A stretch of DNA of 64,000 nt, taken from assembly GCA_038212275.1 (NCBI GenBank), contig JBBQUR010000010.1, positions 64,001 to 128,000 of the forward strand, given 5' to 3'. Numbering within the stretch: the stretch's first letter is position 1; each line of letters opens with the position of its first letter. Origin of the DNA: Planctomycetota bacterium. GTDB lineage: Bacteria; Planctomycetota; B15-G4. A program made the position numbers and the translations under genes. A model generated the notes under the pieces. That model was given only the letters and a program-made list of their open reading frames with translations. It was not told where the DNA came from and did no database searches. Positions 26,020-35,700 of this stretch are shown piece by piece.

Positions 26020-27021
26020 ATGAGCGCCTGCCCGAGACTTCTGCTGCCGTGCCTGCTGGCGCTCGCGCCGTGGTCCGCCGCGCAATCGGCGCCGGGTGCC
26101 GCGTCGCCACCGGCCGCAGCGCCGGGCGCGTCGGCGACGGCCCCGGCCGGCGCGTCCTCGCTCAGCGGAGCGGCGCTCGCCAGTGCACCGCTCGCCAGTG
26201 CACCGCTCGCCAATGCATCGGTCGGCGCGCCCGATCTTCAGGACGCTCTCGCCGCAGAGGTCGATGGGCGCTGGAACGACGCGCTGCGCCTCTACGTCGC
26301 GGCGACGGCCATCTCGCCGGACGACATCTCCGTCGCGCTCGGCCTCGCGCGCGTGCACACGGCGCAGGGCCGCGCGTGGGAGGCCGCAACGCTGCTCGAG
26401 CACGCGACCGTCGCGCACCCCGACTCCGTGCGCCTGCTGCGCGCGACCGGCGACGCGATCCTCGCGGCCGGCAGCACGACGATGGCGCTGGAGGCCTATG
26501 ACCGCGCGCTGGCCGTCGCGCCCGACGATGTCGGCGTGCGTTGCGCCGCCGCGTGGGCCGCCATCGCAGGGCGCCGTTCGGACCGCCTGCTCGAACTGCT
26601 CGCGCCGGTGCCGCTGGCGTCGCTGACGCCGTCGCTGCAGCGCGCGCTCGGACGCGCGGCGCTGCTCGGCAACAAGCCCGAGCTCGCGGCCGCCGCGCTG
26701 GAAGCCTTCCTGCTCGGCGAGGCCGGCCATCCGCCCGCGACCGCCGCCGACGACGTCCAGGTGCTCGTCGACGTGCTGCTCGACACGGCGCGCGCGCGCG
26801 TGCTGCTCTCGCAGGACACGGCGGCGCTCGAAACGCTGCGCCTGGTGCTTGCCCAGCAGCCGGACTGCGCCGCCGCCTACGTGCTGCTCGGCCACCTGCG
26901 TCTGCGCGGCAGCCAGCGCGAACTCGCACTGGCGTCCTACGAGGAGGCCATCCGTCGCGGCGCCGACGCCGGGCCGCTGGCTCCGCTCATGACGCGGCTG
27001 GCTCCCGCGGGACATCCGTGA
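26020..27021 (+). CDS. exported tetratricopeptide-repeat protein (possible secretin pilotin)
   Basis: signal-like N-terminus, TPR-like helices (ALEAYDRALAVAPDD, AYVLLGHL..ALASYEEAI). Confidence 0.65.
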   Translation: MSACPRLLLPCLLALAPWSAAQSAPGAASPPAAAPGASATAPAGASSLSGAALASAPLASAPLANASVGAPDLQDALAAEVDGRWNDALRLYVAATAISPDDISVALGLARVHTAQGRAWEAATLLEHATVAHPDSVRLLRATGDAILAAGSTTMALEAYDRALAVAPDDVGVRCAAAWAAIAGRRSDRLLELLAPVPLASLTPSLQRALGRAALLGNKPELAAAALEAFLLGEAGHPPATAADDVQVLVDVLLDTARARVLLSQDTAALETLRLVLAQQPDCAAAYVLLGHLRLRGSQRELALASYEEAIRRGADAGPLAPLMTRLAPAGHP

Positions 27022-27022
27022 G

Positions 27023-27463
27023 ATGGGGCCCGCAGCGGGCAGTCGATCCATCGCAGGCGTCTCCCTCATCGAGGTGATGCTCGTGCTGGTCGTCATCGGC
27101 ATCAGCGCGGGCATGGCCGTGCCACGCTTCGGCATCGCCACCGAGCAGACGCACGTGGACATCGCGGCGGCCTCGCTGCACTCGGTGTGGGTCGCGGAAC
27201 GCCTGTGGTGGCTGGAGCAGCACGAGTTCTGCGACTCCGTCGACGAGCTGGCCGCGCAACGCCTGCTGGACCGCCCGCTCGTGGACGCCGTCGCGCCTTT
27301 CGAGCTTGACGTGCTCTCCGCGGACGAGGGCGCCTTCGTGGCGCGCATGCTGCGTACGGGCAGCGACGACTGGTCCGGCGAGCTGCTCATCGACGAATCC
27401 GGCGTCATCACGGGCTTCACCAGCAACGAGGCAGGTCTGCATGTCGTCCCGCAAGGCCCATGA
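27023..27463 (+). CDS. minor pilin / pseudopilin
   Basis: G|VSLIEVMLVLVVIGISAGMAVPRF. Confidence 0.8.
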   Translation: MGPAAGSRSIAGVSLIEVMLVLVVIGISAGMAVPRFGIATEQTHVDIAAASLHSVWVAERLWWLEQHEFCDSVDELAAQRLLDRPLVDAVAPFELDVLSADEGAFVARMLRTGSDDWSGELLIDESGVITGFTSNEAGLHVVPQGP

Positions 27464-27806
27464 GCTGCGCGCCGGTGAGCCGGCCGGCTTCACGCTGCTG
27501 GAGTGCACGGTGGCGCTGCTGCTGTTCACGCTGCTCGTGCTCGGCCTGTCGCGGCTCACCGTGGCGCACGATCGGCTCGTGTCGAGCCTCGACGCCTGGC
27601 TCGCGGACGACCCGGTCTACTACGTCGATCAGGCGGACGACGACCTGGCGCGCGTGCTCGGGACGCCGGCGCGCCTGTCCGAGCCCGTGCCGGCGCTGCC
27701 GGGCCCGCCGCCCGCGCCTGCTGCGTACGCGGTGACCGTGCAATCCGTCAGCACCGGGCTCGACCCGGCCACCGCGACGGCCGTCGTCGTGATGACGGAG
27801 CTCTGA
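27441..27806 (+). CDS. minor pilin (PilV/GspI-like)
   Basis: G|FTLLECTVALLLF; ATG at 27441. Confidence 0.8.
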   Translation: MSSRKAHELRAGEPAGFTLLECTVALLLFTLLVLGLSRLTVAHDRLVSSLDAWLADDPVYYVDQADDDLARVLGTPARLSEPVPALPGPPPAPAAYAVTVQSVSTGLDPATATAVVVMTEL

Positions 27807-27807
27807 G

Positions 27808-28284
27808 ATGACGCGGGCCGAGCGCGGGCACACGCTGGTCGAGCTGCTTGTGGTGGTCACGATCTCGGCCATCCTCGTCAACATCGCGATGCTGGCGTGG
27901 AAGCCGATCAGCGCCTCGACGCTGTCGCTGCGCGACCGGGCGTCGGAGGATGCCGAGCTGCGCTTCGCGGTGGAAGCGCTGCTGGCCGACTTCGGCGGTG
28001 CCGACGCCGCGCTGCCGACGCTCGACGGCGACCTGCGCATCACGCGCGAGCAGGCCGTGGCCGAGCTGGCCGGCGCGTGGGACGGCGACGACGACGGCAT
28101 CGTCTGGTCGCTCACGGACGGCGACCTCATCCGGCACGACGAAGCGCTGGACACGGAGATCGTCATGGCGTCCGGCCTGACGGGCTTCGTCGTGACGCGT
28201 CCCGGCGACGCCGAGACGCACGTGCTGCTCTCCGCGGGCAGCGGCGCAGGCGCTCGCAGCGTCACGCTGGCATGGCCCGAATGA
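27808..28284 (+). CDS. minor pilin (PilW/GspJ-like)
   Basis: AERG|HTLVELLVVVTI. Confidence 0.8.
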   Translation: MTRAERGHTLVELLVVVTISAILVNIAMLAWKPISASTLSLRDRASEDAELRFAVEALLADFGGADAALPTLDGDLRITREQAVAELAGAWDGDDDGIVWSLTDGDLIRHDEALDTEIVMASGLTGFVVTRPGDAETHVLLSAGSGAGARSVTLAWPE

Positions 28285-28670
28285 AGGCCCGCGCGACACG
28301 ACGCGGTGAGCGCGGGCAGGTGCTGCTCATCGTCACTGTGCTCGGCCTGCTCGCGATGGCGGCGTGGGGCCTTGCCTGGCGCGCGACGCACGATGCCATC
28401 CGCACGGACCGCGTCATGGTGCAGCGCGCGCTGCGCACGGCGTCGGTGTTGCCGGCGCTCGCGCACGGTGCGGCGGCGTTGCGCGGCGGCCATCCGCCGA
28501 GCGATCCCTTCGAGTGCATCGACACCCTGATCGACGGCACCGAAAGCTACGACTGCCTTCTGCTGTTCACGAGCCAGATCAATTCCGAGACGTGGCAGGT
28601 GAGCTGCCGGATCGCCACGCCGTCGGAGGTGTCGAGCCTCCCGACGCTGCCCCTTGCCTTCAGCGACTGA
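28281..28670 (+). CDS. minor pilin (PilX/GspK-like, no Glu+5)
   Basis: GERG|QVLLIVTVLGLL; ATGA overlap with the previous gene. Confidence 0.7.
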   Translation: MKARATRRGERGQVLLIVTVLGLLAMAAWGLAWRATHDAIRTDRVMVQRALRTASVLPALAHGAAALRGGHPPSDPFECIDTLIDGTESYDCLLLFTSQINSETWQVSCRIATPSEVSSLPTLPLAFSD

Positions 28671-28684
28671 GTCGGAGCGACACG

Positions 28685-29323
28685 ATGCACCCATCGGACG
28701 ACACCAGCGACCCGGAACGCACCACGCCTCGCGACGATGCGGCCGACGCCGGTCACGCGACGCCGCGCGACGACGTAGCCGGCAACGCGCCCGTGATGCC
28801 GCGCGACGACGCGGCTGACGTGTCGCCCGGCGCGGCACGCGAGCTGCCGCGCCGTGAGGGCGACCGCCGCGCGCGCCCGACGCCGTGGATGTCGCGCTAC
28901 TGGCTCACCGGGCGGCGCCGCGGCCCGCGCCGCGAGGACGACTCGCGCGAAACCTACGTGGACCGCTACGAGCGCCGCGAGTGGGTGCTCGTGGTCGGCA
29001 TCGTGGTGGCGTGCGTGCTCGACCTGCTGCTCACGCTGGATTACCTCGATCAGGGCGGCGAGGAATGGAACCCGCTCATGGCGCGCGCGCTGGAGCACGG
29101 CACGGGCGCCTTCATCGCGCTGAAGATGGGCCTCACCGCGGGCTGCCTGCTCTTCCTGCTCGTGCGCATCCGCTTCCGCGGCGTGCGGCGCGCGGTGCAG
29201 CTCCTGCTGGTCGCGTATCTGCTGCTCATGGGCTGGCACGGCGTCGTGCGCCTGGGTCTTCCGGACACCACGTCCGTTGCCGCGGAGAGCCTCTCGCGCG
29301 GCGCCGGGAGCAAGTCGCCGTGA
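28685..29323 (+). CDS. DUF5658-like small membrane protein
   Basis: GRRRGPRR..YVDRY, LDLLLTL..GGEEWNPLM..FIALK pattern; three TM helices; N-terminal PRDD repeats. Confidence 0.65.
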   Translation: MHPSDDTSDPERTTPRDDAADAGHATPRDDVAGNAPVMPRDDAADVSPGAARELPRREGDRRARPTPWMSRYWLTGRRRGPRREDDSRETYVDRYERREWVLVVGIVVACVLDLLLTLDYLDQGGEEWNPLMARALEHGTGAFIALKMGLTAGCLLFLLVRIRFRGVRRAVQLLLVAYLLLMGWHGVVRLGLPDTTSVAAESLSRGAGSKSP

Positions 29324-31440
29324 CGGCGCGCACGGACAGCTCGGCGACACGTCCGGCGACGACCTCCGAGACTGCTGCCGGGACGGCCGCCGCGTCGCGC
29401 GGCGCGCTGCCGCGCCCGCCGCGCGCCGCGTGGCTCCTCGCCGCCGCGCTCTTCGTGAACGAGCTGTGGTGCAACGTGGCGCTGCTCGCGGATTGCTTCG
29501 GCGGCGCGAAGGTCATGCGCTCGGTGTCGTCGGACCTGGGCGGGCTCATGTGGCGGCTCGCGTGGACGCTGCTGGGCATGCTCGCCCTCAGCGCGCTGCT
29601 GCTGCTCGCCGTCTCGTGGGCCTGGGCGGCCGTGTGCCGCGTGCTGGCCGCCGGCGTGCGCGCCCGCTGGGGAGAGTCGCGCGCGGTGCGACTTTCCTTC
29701 GGCTTCGTCACCACGCTGGTCTTCGTCAACACGTGGTATTCGCTGCACGCTCTGCTGCTGCCGGCCAGCCAGCTCCGCGGCTCGTGGCTGGCCATGCTCT
29801 CCGGCGCGCTCGCGCGGCGGCCGATGGATGATCCGGCCGGCGTCGTCGTGCCCGCCTGCATGGCTGCGGCGACGGCCGTCCTGACGTGTCGTGCGCTGGT
29901 GGCGTCGCGTGCGCTGCGGCGTCAGCTCGCCGGCGCCGCGTGTGGCGTCGCGTTGCTGCTCGGCGGCTACGCCTGGTGCCGCAGCAGCGGGCCCGTCGCG
30001 CCGTTCACGCAGCAGGGCAATGTCGTGCTGCTGGGCCTCGACTCCTTCCAGATGAACCGGCTCTCCTCGGGCGGCGCGCCGCTCTCTCCGGCGCCGCACA
30101 TCGACGAGTTCCTGGGAGAGAGCTTCCGCTTCGACAATGCGTGGACGCCGCTGGCGCGCACCTATCCGTCGTGGATCTCCCTGCTCACGGGCCGCGAACC
30201 GGTCCACCACGGCGTGCGCTTCAATCTCATCGGCGACGACCACCTCGACGCGGCCAACGTCTTCCTGCCGCAACGGCTGCAGGAGCGCGGCTACGCGACG
30301 CTGCACGCCACCGACGAGACGCGCTTCTCCATCATCCGCCCGCAGTTCGGCTTCGACGCGCTCGTGCACCCGGCGATGGGCGCGCAGGACTTCCTGCTGA
30401 GCAGCTTCTTCGACTTCTCTACGGCCAATCTGCTGCGCAGGACGCGCCTCGGCCACGACCTGTTCCCGGCGGTGCGCGGCAACCGCGCCTCGGCGGCCTA
30501 CGCGCCGGAGCTCTGGACGCAGGACGTGATCGCGGCCATCGACGAGCTGCCGCGCGACCGCCCCGTCTTCATCGCGCTGCACCTCTGCGGCAACCACTGG
30601 CCCTTCAGCACGCCCGCGCCGTATGCGCACGCCGACGCCGACCCGGTGGCCTGCTGCATGCGCATGGTGGACGATCAGGCCGGCGCGATCCTCGCCCACC
30701 TGCGCGAGGTCGGCCTCATGGAGCGCTCCACTGTCGCGATGCTCTCGGATCACGGCGACGGCTGGTCCGGCATCCCCGGCGATGACACCAATTCGCACGG
30801 CGACGACCTGCGCAGCCCGTGGGCCAACCGCATCGTGCTCGGCCTGCGCGTGCCCGGTCTGGCGCCGGGCGTGTCCACGCAGCTCGTGCGCTCCTTCGAC
30901 CTTGCGCCGACGCTGCTCGACCTGCTCGACGTGCCGTACGACACCGCGTCGATGGACGGACGCTCGCTGCGGCCGCTGCTGCGCGCCGCGCAGCCCGATG
31001 CGACGAGTGCCGGCTCCCTCGACACCGCGGCCGACGCGCCGCGCGAACTGTTCGCGGAGACCGACCTCGACCGGCGCGTGTACACCGTGAAGCAGCTCGT
31101 GCAGCAGAACGCGCTGTGGTATCGCACCGATCCGGAGAGCGGCCTGGTCTTCCTGCGCGAGGAAGGCTTCCACGAGTTCATGCCGCTCAAGTGGTACATG
31201 CTCGTGTCGGGCACGCGGCGGCTGGTGGTGGTGCCGTTCAAGCAGCGCTTCGAGCTGCACCAGCTGGACGCGGCCACCGGCCGCGACCGGCCCGACGCCG
31301 ACGTCGCCACGCTGCCGACCGCAGAGAAGGCCGAGCTGCTCGACCGGCTCATCGAGCACTTCGCGCTGGATGGCCAGGTGCTCCGACAGGCCGCGCAGGC
31401 CTCCGGCTTCCTGCCGCGAGAGGTGGCGTCGGCGCGCTGA
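29320..31440 (+). CDS. membrane-anchored sulfatase-like / alkaline-phosphatase-superfamily hydrolase or transferase
   Basis: several N-terminal TM helices; NVVLLGLDS, TPLARTYPSW (Thr at nucleophile position), HWPF, SDHG, SHG; GTGA overlap. Confidence 0.8.
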   Translation: MTARTDSSATRPATTSETAAGTAAASRGALPRPPRAAWLLAAALFVNELWCNVALLADCFGGAKVMRSVSSDLGGLMWRLAWTLLGMLALSALLLLAVSWAWAAVCRVLAAGVRARWGESRAVRLSFGFVTTLVFVNTWYSLHALLLPASQLRGSWLAMLSGALARRPMDDPAGVVVPACMAAATAVLTCRALVASRALRRQLAGAACGVALLLGGYAWCRSSGPVAPFTQQGNVVLLGLDSFQMNRLSSGGAPLSPAPHIDEFLGESFRFDNAWTPLARTYPSWISLLTGREPVHHGVRFNLIGDDHLDAANVFLPQRLQERGYATLHATDETRFSIIRPQFGFDALVHPAMGAQDFLLSSFFDFSTANLLRRTRLGHDLFPAVRGNRASAAYAPELWTQDVIAAIDELPRDRPVFIALHLCGNHWPFSTPAPYAHADADPVACCMRMVDDQAGAILAHLREVGLMERSTVAMLSDHGDGWSGIPGDDTNSHGDDLRSPWANRIVLGLRVPGLAPGVSTQLVRSFDLAPTLLDLLDVPYDTASMDGRSLRPLLRAAQPDATSAGSLDTAADAPRELFAETDLDRRVYTVKQLVQQNALWYRTDPESGLVFLREEGFHEFMPLKWYMLVSGTRRLVVVPFKQRFELHQLDAATGRDRPDADVATLPTAEKAELLDRLIEHFALDGQVLRQAAQASGFLPREVASAR

Positions 31441-31442
31441 CG

Positions 31443-31570
31443 CGCCGAGACGCCGAGACGCCGAGACGCCGAGACGCCGAGACGGTGAGACGGTGAGACG
31501 GTGAGACGGTGAGACGGTGAGACGGTGAGACGGTGAGACGCCGACACGGCGAGACGCTGAGGCGCCGACA
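31443..31570. repeat. intergenic 8-bp tandem array (CGCCGAGA x5, CGGTGAGA x7, 4 degenerate units)
   Basis: read directly between two convergent stop codons. Confidence 0.95.
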
Positions 31571-31584
31571 GGCCGGGTCGCGCG

Positions 31585-32574
31585 TCAGGCCGGTGCGGAA
31601 AGCGCGCGGCCGAGCAGGCGGGCGACATCTTCGGGCAGCATCGCTTCCTCGCCGAGCTCGGCGGCGGCGAGGTCTCCCGCGACGGCGTGCGCGTGCACGC
31701 CGAGTGCCGCCGCGGAGGCCGCGTCGGGGAGTGAGGTCGGCACGCGGCAGAGCAGCGCGCCGATCGCGCCGGAGAGCACATCGCCCATGCCGCCGCGCGC
31801 CATGCCCGGGTTGCCGGCGGTCTCGACGCGAGCGCGGCTCCCGTCGGTGACCACGCTGCCGTGGCCCTTCAGCACGACGATGGCGCCGCACGCGCGCGCG
31901 AAGCGGACGGCTGCGGCGAGGCGCGCCGCGGGAGTCGCCGGATGCGCGTCGGCGTCGGACCAGCCCGCCGCCGTGGCGAGGCGCGCAAACTCGCCGGGAT
32001 GCGGCGTGAGGATGGTCGGCGCCCGCACGGCATCCCGCCGCGCCGCGAGCAGAGGCAGGCAACCCGCGGCGGCGAGGGGCGCCGCGCGTGAGGCCGCGCC
32101 GGACGTCGCGCCGCGTGCGGCCGCGTTCTCGGCGAGCAGGTTCAGCGCGTCGGCGTCGAGCAGCAGCGGCTTGTCGATGCCGGTCAGCAGCGTCGCGAGC
32201 AGCACGCCGGTGTCCGCGTGCGTGCCGAGACCTGGGCCGACGACCACGGCGCTCGCACGCGCGGCCGCTGCGAGGATCGCCTCCGCGGCGCGCGCCGCGA
32301 GGCCGCCATCGTCGGTGGCCGGGCAGCGCAGCAGCGTGGCGAAGGGCACCGCAGGCAGCACGCTGTCCACCAGGCCGTCGGCGAGCGCGAGCTGCACGAG
32401 GCCCGCACCGGCGCGCCCGGCCCCGAGGGCCGCGAGAATGGCCGCACCCGGATAGCGGCGCGAGCCGGCGACGACGAGCACCGTGCCGTAGCTGCCCTTG
32501 TGCGTGTCCGCCGCGCGAGCCGCCAGCCGCGGCAGCGGCAGCTCGGCAACGGGCGGCGTGAACGGCGAAGACAT
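31585..32574 (-). CDS. nnrD: ADP-dependent NAD(P)H-hydrate dehydratase (YjeF C-terminal domain)
   Basis: HKGSYGTVLVVAGS, VGPGLG, LDADALN, LTPHPGE, VLKG, GGMGDVLSG. Confidence 0.92.
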   Translation of the reverse strand: MSSPFTPPVAELPLPRLAARAADTHKGSYGTVLVVAGSRRYPGAAILAALGAGRAGAGLVQLALADGLVDSVLPAVPFATLLRCPATDDGGLAARAAEAILAAAARASAVVVGPGLGTHADTGVLLATLLTGIDKPLLLDADALNLLAENAAARGATSGAASRAAPLAAAGCLPLLAARRDAVRAPTILTPHPGEFARLATAAGWSDADAHPATPAARLAAAVRFARACGAIVVLKGHGSVVTDGSRARVETAGNPGMARGGMGDVLSGAIGALLCRVPTSLPDAASAAALGVHAHAVAGDLAAAELGEEAMLPEDVARLLGRALSAPA

Positions 32575-32712
32575 GGCGACATCGTACGCCGTGCTCCGCC
32601 GGCCACGCGCCTGCAGCCCGGCCCGGCGCGCCGTTGCGTGAGCCGTCGCATTGCCCGCATCCCGCGCACGGCGCTACGGTAGGGCGCCCAGCAGCGCACG
32701 GAGAGGCCCGCC

Positions 32713-35700
32713 ATGACCGACACCATCGCCCCGAGTCCGCCGCGCGTGACGCGCCTCTCCGACTACCGTCCGCCGACGTGGCTCGCGCGCAGCGTGCAGC
32801 TCTTCATCGACCTGCACGAGGACCACGCGACGGTGCGCTGCCGCACAAGTTACGAACGCGCCGCGCCGACCAGCGCGACCGGCGCGACCAGCGCGACCAG
32901 CGCGACCAGCGCGACAGGTGCGACAGGTGCGACAGGCGCAACAGGCGCGACACGCGATGTACCCGGCAGCGACGAGCTGCGCCTCGACGGCACGGGCGGC
33001 GAGCTGGAGCTGATCTCGCTGCACGTCGACGGCCGCGCGCTGTCCGCCGACGAGTTCTCACGCGACGACGAGAGCCTCGTGCTGTGGCCCGAGCGCGACC
33101 GCTTCGAGCTGCAGGTCGTCACGCGCATCCGCCCGCACCTGAACACCGCGCTGTCCGGCCTGTACCGCTCGGGCAGCATGTTCTGCACGCAGATGGAGGC
33201 GCAGGGCTTCCGCCGCGTGACGTACTTCCAGGACCGCCCCGACGTGCTCGCGACGTGGACCGTCACGCTGGAGGCCGAGCGCGCGCGCTACCCGGTGCTG
33301 CTCAGCAACGGCAACGAACTCGGCGGCGCTGCGACCGGCTCCGCGTCGGGCGCCGCTGCGCCCAGCGCTGCGCCCACCGCGGCACCGACCGCGGCACCCA
33401 GCGCCGCGCCAACCGGCTCAGTGACCGGCGCGCTCTCGGGCGCACTCGCGTCCTTCGCGGACCTGCCGCCGCTGGCCGCCGGCCGGCATCGCGCGACGTG
33501 GCACGATCCCTTCCCCAAGCCCAGCTACCTGTTCGCGGTGGTGGCCGGCGATCTCGGCCTCGTGGAGGACAGCTTTACCACCTGCTCGGGCCGCACGATC
33601 CCGCTGCGCATCTGGTGCGACAAGGGCAACGAGAGCCGCGTCCTCTGGGCCATGGCCTCGCTGCAGCGCGCGATGGCGTGGGACGAGCGCGCGTTCGGCC
33701 GCGAGTATGACCTCGACCTCTTCATGATCGTCGCCGTGAACGACTTCAACATGGGCGCGATGGAGAACAAGGGCCTCAACATCTTCAACGCGTCGCGCGT
33801 GCTGGCCGACGCGGCCACCGCGACCGACGAGGACTTCCAGCGCGTGGAAGGCGTCGTCGCGCACGAATACTTCCACAACTGGTCGGGCAATCGCGTCACC
33901 TGTCGCGACTGGTTCCAGCTCTCGCTGAAGGAGGGCTTCACGGTCTACCGCGACCAGGAGTTCACGGCGGACCTCAACGCGCGCGCCGTCAAGCGCATCG
34001 AGGACGTGCGCCGCCTGCGCAAGGAGCAGTTCCCCGAGGACGCGGGCCCGATGGCGCACGCCGTGCGGCCGACGAGCTACATCGCGATCGACAACTTCTA
34101 CACGCGCACCGTCTACGAGAAGGGCGCGGAGGTCATCCGCATGCAGGCCGCGCTGCTCGGGCCGGGGCTCTTCCGCAAGGGCTGCGACCTGTACTTCGCG
34201 CGGCACGACGGGCAGGCCGTCACGACGGATGATTTCGTCGCCGCGATGGAGTCGGTGTCGGGTCGCGACCTCGCGCAGTTCAAGCGCTGGTACGAGCAGG
34301 CCGGCACGCCGGTGCTGCGCGCGACGGGCCGCTGGGACGCCGGTGCGCGGCGCTACGAGCTGGAACTGTCGCAGAGTTGCCCGGCGACACCGGGGCAGCC
34401 GCGCAAGCTGCCCTTTCACATGCCGGTGTCCGTCGCGCTCTTCGCGCGCGACGGCGCGCCGATTCCCGGCACGCAGCGCGTGCTCGAACTGAAAGAGGAG
34501 CGCCAGGTCTTCGCCTTCGAGAACCTGCCCGGCTCCGCGGACGGTGCAGACGGTGCAGACGGTGCAGACGGTGCGAACGGCGCGAACGGTGCGAACGGTG
34601 CGCACGGCGCGCACGGCGCGCACGGTGGCGCCGCCGCCGGCACGCCCGCCGCGTCCCGCACCGGCGGCGGCCCGGTGCCATCGGTGCTGCGCGACTTCTC
34701 CGCACCGGTGAAGCTGGAGCTGTCGCTCACGGACGAGGAGCTGTGCATCCTCGTCACGCACGACACGGACCTGTTCAATCGCTGGGAGTCGCTGCAGCGC
34801 CTCGCGACACGCGTGCTGCTGGCCGCGGCGGAGGCGCGTGTTGGCGGCGCGACGCGGGGGGGCGCGCGTGCCGCCTCCGGCGCGTCGGCGCTTCCCGCTT
34901 CGTTCACCTTGCTGCAGCGCGCCTACGAGAGCGTGCTCGACCAGACCGCGCGCTCCGGAACCGCTGCGCTCGATCCGGCCATCGCCGCCGAGCTGCTGCG
35001 CCTGCCCGACGAGTCGGTGCTCTGCGACGAGCAGGCCGTCATCGACATCGACGCGATCCACGCGGCGCGCGGCGCCGTGCGCGACGGCCTGGCGCGTGCG
35101 TGCCGCCAGCGCTGGCTGGACACCTTCCAGCGCCTCGACACGTCCGAGCCCTTCGTGCCGGACGCCGCCGCGATCGGTCGCCGCGCGCTGAAGAACGTCG
35201 CGCTGGCATACCTCTTCCTCGGCGATGCCGCGGGTCATGCGGCGGGTGGCGCAGCGCGTGGTGCCGCTGGTGCCGCTGGTGCTGCTGATGCCGCGGGTGC
35301 CGCGGGTGCCGCGGGTGCTGCGGCGCGCCGTGCGCCGCACGACACGCCGGGCGGCGGGCAGGGCGTCGCGCTCTGCGTGCGGCAGCTGGAGTCCGCCGAC
35401 AATCTGCAGGACCAGCTCTGCGCGCTGGAGCTTCTCGCGGGTCACGACGGCCCGGAGCGCGAACGCGCGCTGGCCGACACGCGCGCGCGCTGGCAGCACG
35501 AGCCGCTGGTGATGAACAAGTGGTTCGCAGCGCAGGCCGGCGCCGATCGTCCGGGCGTGCTGCAGGACATGCGCGCGCTGCAGCGCGATCCGCTCTTCGA
35601 CGCGGGCAATCCCAACAAGCTGCGCGCGCTCTTCCACACCTTCACCGGCAACCTGCCGCACTTCCACGCGCCGGACGGCAGCGGCTACGCGCTCTACGGC

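Noticed and set aside
31443..31570. Possible CRISPR array
   Set aside because: Contiguous 8-bp units without unique spacers, and no cas genes in the window; the same applies to 54331-54434.
31585..32574. nnrD without nnrE, carB without carA, metG lacking its C-terminal domain, isolated murD
   Set aside because: Split or dispersed arrangements of these genes are common and not evidence of novelty.
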